DNA of 64,000 nucleotides from a virus: IMG/VR virus record IMGVR_UViG_3300037493_003174, positions 1 to 64,000 of that record; one strand, 5' to 3'. Shown piece by piece: positions 60,858 to 64,000 of this stretch (position 1 is its first letter; each line of letters starts with the position of its first letter). The notes under the pieces were generated by a model. It saw only the letters and a program-made list of their open reading frames with translations, ran no database searches and was not told where the DNA came from. The position numbers and the translations under genes were made by a program.

Positions 60858-62162
60858 TTAAAGTTCTAATTTGATAATTCTTCCAGGAAGATCTTCATTC
60901 ATACTTGATCTTTCAGATAACACCCACAATGTTGGACCTTTTGGTAAGACACTTGCGCTGCATTCACCATCTGTAAAATATACAAGACTGGTATATAATT
61001 TATTGTTTTCATTAAAATATTCAATGACAGGATCAAATTGAGTCCCACCTCTACCTTGTACTTTTAAATCAAGTTCTCCTCTGTAAGGATCAATTGATTT
61101 AATTTGTGTATCACATTGTATCACTGTAATATCAACACCAGCTTTATAAATATGATGCATTTCATTCATAAACTCTGCAAGTTCAGTATCACTTACAGAA
61201 GCTGAAGTATCAATGGCCAACAACATGTGTTGTTTCATTTTTATTTTAAGACCAGGATTATCAGAGAATCTTCTATTCTCTTTTCTCCGGATCTTTTTAG
61301 TGAACACTCTAGTGCTAACACCAGTAAATCTTCTAATATAACCCCGCCAGTCAAATTTTGGTGGAACTACTTCATCAATTTCTATCAGTCCTTCAATTTC
61401 TCCAGGAACAGTTCCATGTTTCTTAATAGTCTGCTCTTTAGCATCAGATAGAAGTTTTTGTACTTGCTTATCTAATAACTTTTGCTCAGCTTCACTAAGA
61501 TTATCAAACTCTTCCCATGTTCCATGATCTGGAGTATTACCATCTTGAATATTATCTAGAAGTTGATCAAGATGAGGATTACTACAAGTGCCGTTTTTAT
61601 CTTTTTCATCTTGTGCTTCTTTCAACTTATCATAATAGTATCTAGAGCCTGCTTTTGCATCCCAACCTTTGTCAACGTAATCTTCAAAGATAATACCTCT
61701 AGGAGGAATAGCATCATATTCAGCTTTAGATTGCTCTTCAGTCATAGATCCATCTTCTAGACCTTGTTTTACTTTAGCTTTTACAGCATCAACTAACTGT
61801 TGATACTGATCAGCATTCATATCATCTCCAGGAAGCCAACCATTTTCAATATATTGGTTAAGTTCCATGTCCATAGCAACATTTGCTCTTTTCTTATCAG
61901 AAAATTTAAAATACATGCTAAGGTGCCCAAAGGCTATATGTAATAATTCATGTTTTAAGATACCAAGCTTATGTAAATCAGGTAATTTATCCCAGAACTC
62001 CTCATTGATTTCTAGTTGATAATTTATACCCATTTTACTTACGCCAGCCGTTGGTACTCTTTTGCTCCAAAACTTATTCAACATAATGAGAAAGATACCA
62101 TAATAAGGCTCTTTCAACATCAAGTCTTTAGTTGCTTTGCTTAATGATTCATTTCTTGTCAT
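60858..62162 (-). CDS. VWA domain-containing metallopeptidase (DUF2201-like)
   Basis: HELLH zincin motif; MIDAS DTSAS; GRGGTQF; YFTDGE. Confidence 0.85.
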   Translation of the reverse strand: MTRNESLSKATKDLMLKEPYYGIFLIMLNKFWSKRVPTAGVSKMGINYQLEINEEFWDKLPDLHKLGILKHELLHIAFGHLSMYFKFSDKKRANVAMDMELNQYIENGWLPGDDMNADQYQQLVDAVKAKVKQGLEDGSMTEEQSKAEYDAIPPRGIIFEDYVDKGWDAKAGSRYYYDKLKEAQDEKDKNGTCSNPHLDQLLDNIQDGNTPDHGTWEEFDNLSEAEQKLLDKQVQKLLSDAKEQTIKKHGTVPGEIEGLIEIDEVVPPKFDWRGYIRRFTGVSTRVFTKKIRRKENRRFSDNPGLKIKMKQHMLLAIDTSASVSDTELAEFMNEMHHIYKAGVDITVIQCDTQIKSIDPYRGELDLKVQGRGGTQFDPVIEYFNENNKLYTSLVYFTDGECSASVLPKGPTLWVLSERSSMNEDLPGRIIKLEL

Positions 62163-62563
62163 TCTTTTAGTTCAATATTAATGTTAAACTTATCAGCCGG
62201 ATAGCCTAGTTGTCCTAAAAATCCTACCATATCTACAACAAAATATTCTAGATACAATTCCATTGAAGCTTTACTAGCTTTTTTTTCTGTCATTATAGAC
62301 AAACATTTACCGCTTGTTAAAGCTACTGCACTTGAAGAATCTACATGTTTATTAATAATAAGCCATGCTTTTGAACAGTGCTTTTCCCATTCACTTACAG
62401 GTAATTTTGCGTACTTATATAGTACTAGTAACTCACCCAAATACTCTTTCAGATCTGCATTTTTCAGAGCTTCAAATGCTACAGTATGATTTTCTTTATC
62501 TGTAGATTTTAGCATTCCTAATAAATTCTTTGTTTCTTCTTTGTCAAACTTTACTTTACTCAT
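62159..62563 (-). CDS. Hypothetical helical protein
   Basis: 134 aa; coupled to the VWA gene; MLKSTDKENHTVAFE motif. Confidence 0.6.
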   Translation of the reverse strand: MSKVKFDKEETKNLLGMLKSTDKENHTVAFEALKNADLKEYLGELLVLYKYAKLPVSEWEKHCSKAWLIINKHVDSSSAVALTSGKCLSIMTEKKASKASMELYLEYFVVDMVGFLGQLGYPADKFNINIELKE

Positions 62564-62754
62564 AATTCTTCAGTTTTTAATCCTTCTTCATCTAAATAAT
62601 CTAATTCCATTAATTCACCATTTAAGTCCATCATAATCATGTATGCAGGATTATCTGTATCAACAGCATCCATGTCATAATTACTTTCTAAAAGTTCTAT
62701 AGCTTCATTAATTAAAGCTTCTACTTTTTCTCTAATTTGTTTTACTCTTTCCAT
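62560..62754 (-). CDS. Small acidic hypothetical protein
   Basis: 64 aa; coupled to the downstream gene; start lies in the junction repeat. Confidence 0.55.
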   Translation of the reverse strand: MERVKQIREKVEALINEAIELLESNYDMDAVDTDNPAYMIMMDLNGELMELDYLDEEGLKTEEL

Positions 62755-62766
62755 TAGTCTTTAATT

Positions 62767-63027
62767 TTAAATGTTTTTTTTAAAACTTACTTTTATAAAA
62801 TACTTTACTGCATTCCAAAAAGATTTAGGAAAATAAATATTATATAAGTAAATAGTTCTAGGAGCTACAATAAACCCTTTCTTTAGTTTTTGTCCATCTA
62901 ACCAGTGGTTGTCTTTATAAATCCAACACAACCAATACTTTTTACTTTTTAATATTACTCTACCTTGTACAGGATACTTTTGAGCATCTTCTCTTTTTAC
63001 ACCTCTATAGTCATAAAATGTTCTCAT
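62767..63027 (-). CDS. Small basic hypothetical protein
   Basis: 86 aa; ATGA overlap with the upstream gene. Confidence 0.45.
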   Translation of the reverse strand: MRTFYDYRGVKREDAQKYPVQGRVILKSKKYWLCWIYKDNHWLDGQKLKKGFIVAPRTIYLYNIYFPKSFWNAVKYFIKVSFKKNI

Positions 63028-63215
63028 ACTTTTGCTTTTTGTATAAAATGTTTTGCTACTTCAGGAATGTGTTTCTTATAGTAAGGTTGTTCAGACTTAC
63101 ACCATTGTTTCACCTGATCTTTTGTTTCAAATTTTTGATAAGAAAATGTTACTTCCAACTCATTAATGAAGTCTTGAACTGTCCAACCTTCCCATATGTG
63201 CCTATTATTTTCCAT
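63024..63215 (-). CDS. Small hypothetical protein
   Basis: 63 aa (IWEGWTVQDFI..QPYYKK); start lies in the junction repeat. Confidence 0.6.
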   Translation of the reverse strand: MENNRHIWEGWTVQDFINELEVTFSYQKFETKDQVKQWCKSEQPYYKKHIPEVAKHFIQKAKV

Positions 63216-63227
63216 TAGTCTTTTGTT

Positions 63228-63623
63228 TTAATATGATTTACCTGTTTCTTTTTCATACTTCATTTGCCACTCAGATGCTTTTGCTAAATCAAAATTATGA
63301 TGATAAAAATCTGCTGCAAGCATTAAAAGTGTTGAATCATACATGTCTTTTGTTACATACATTTTAGTCCAAATAGCTTCTATATTTTCTAAACTTTTTC
63401 TAACATCATGACCTTCATTAATCCATTTTTCATATATGCCATAAAGACCATGAAAATCTACAGGAAAAGTCATAATAAAAGCATAAGTGTCTTTATTATA
63501 ATTAGTGTTTTCTTTTACAAAAATTGGTACTTCTCCAAGAGGTTTTTGCCAACCTAATTCTGTCATTATAATGTCAATCTTAGGTGTATCATACACTTTT
63601 TGTGTAAATGCATTTTCTTCCAT
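63228..63623 (-). CDS. Hypothetical protein
   Basis: 131 aa; start lies in the junction repeat. Confidence 0.55.
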   Translation of the reverse strand: MEENAFTQKVYDTPKIDIIMTELGWQKPLGEVPIFVKENTNYNKDTYAFIMTFPVDFHGLYGIYEKWINEGHDVRKSLENIEAIWTKMYVTKDMYDSTLLMLAADFYHHNFDLAKASEWQMKYEKETGKSY

Positions 63624-63636
63624 TAGTCTTCAATTT

Positions 63637-63759
63637 TTAAGGTTTATAATCAATTTTTATTTCTAAAAATAACCATACATAACTAGCATGCATTCCTTTT
63701 GATTTTTTTGGAATTAATTTCCATTCCAATAAATTAATTTTTAATGTTATTTGTTTCAT
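63637..63759 (-). CDS. 40-aa hypothetical protein; not in the ORF track
   Basis: MKQITLKINLLEWKLIPKKSKGMHASYVWLFLEIKIDYKP; TGATG coupling; fills the gap between two junction repeats. Confidence 0.45.
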   Translation of the reverse strand: MKQITLKINLLEWKLIPKKSKGMHASYVWLFLEIKIDYKP

Positions 63760-64000
63760 CAGTCTTCTATTTTTAGTGTTTTAATCATCCATTCTGTGGG
63801 TGTATTTATATTATCAACCCACTCTTTAGCAGTAGGAATGTAATTATTACAATCCTCTTTTACATGTTGTTCTCCAATATATCTGACATATACATCTTTA
63901 CCATCACAGTTAGTAATAGTCATACCAAATCTTTTTTCACATTCAAAGATACCTTCACTGTGGTGACGGAACATTCTATGTTTACTGTGTCCAATCCATG
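63759..64000 (-). CDS. Conserved phage protein (DUF6915-like), 5'-truncated
   Basis: HRMFRHHSEGIFECEKRFG..VRYIGEQHVKEDC..IPT motif; the frame runs to the window end. Confidence 0.6.
   Translation of the reverse strand, partial: WIGHSKHRMFRHHSEGIFECEKRFGMTITNCDGKDVYVRYIGEQHVKEDCNNYIPTAKEWVDNINTPTEWMIKTLKIED

Larger units (their letters stand above)
62561..63776 (-). repeat. Dispersed ~20-bp gene-junction repeat (T/C)TAAAAxxxAAGACT(A/G)ATG
   Basis: Copies at 63757-63776, 63621-63640, 63213-63231 and 62752-62770, with a degenerate copy at 62561-62580. Confidence 0.7.

Noticed and set aside
1837-61760. Many short antisense or alternate-frame ORFs in the track (e.g. 8889-9263, 21576-22061, 29938-30309, 52199-52501)
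   Set aside because: They overlap long, motif-bearing genes and have biased, non-protein-like composition, so they are shadow ORFs.
62561-63776. CRISPR array interpretation of the junction repeats
   Set aside because: The repeats are degenerate and irregularly spaced (135-460 bp), and the intervals are ORFs.
1-64000. Stop-codon reassignment as in some crAss-like phages
   Set aside because: ORFs up to 3554 aa are intact and tightly packed under the standard code.
1-64000. tRNA/rRNA genes, integrase, transposase or DGR reverse transcriptase
   Set aside because: Intergenic gaps are short and show no cloverleaf or T-loop signature, and no corresponding protein motifs were found.

Overview
The window is 64 kb of an AT-rich, gene-dense bacteriophage genome with crAss-like (Crassvirales-type) organisation and a probable Bacteroidota host (A-rich starts with no Shine-Dalgarno sequence, and a TAnnTTTG-type promoter element). 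The + strand (1-51401) is the virion module. It runs from Cys-rich structural/fibre genes through an IHF/HU-like gene, tail ring and tail stabilization (muzzle) genes, and four large putative virion cargo proteins. It ends in three giant proteins; the middle one (3554 aa) is a virion RNA polymerase (RIP and DYDVD motifs) fused to a zincin motif and an AlkB-like dioxygenase. The - strand (51421-64000) is the replication/early module: MazG-like pyrophosphatase, DUF932-like protein, family B DNA polymerase, PD-(D/E)XK nuclease, MoxR AAA ATPase plus VWA metallopeptidase, and an array of small ORFs. The most striking signal is in three adjacent cargo genes (15355-26281), which are punctuated by about 25 copies of an xxxGG motif. 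In the 1618-aa protein these motifs fall at the borders of discrete domains (SET, HAD-like, Zn ribbon, pre-toxin/toxin-like, and PG-binding + NlpC/P60 + lysozyme-like). This suggests a di-glycine-processed virion effector polyprotein system. All functional calls come from motif recognition by eye, not from database searches.
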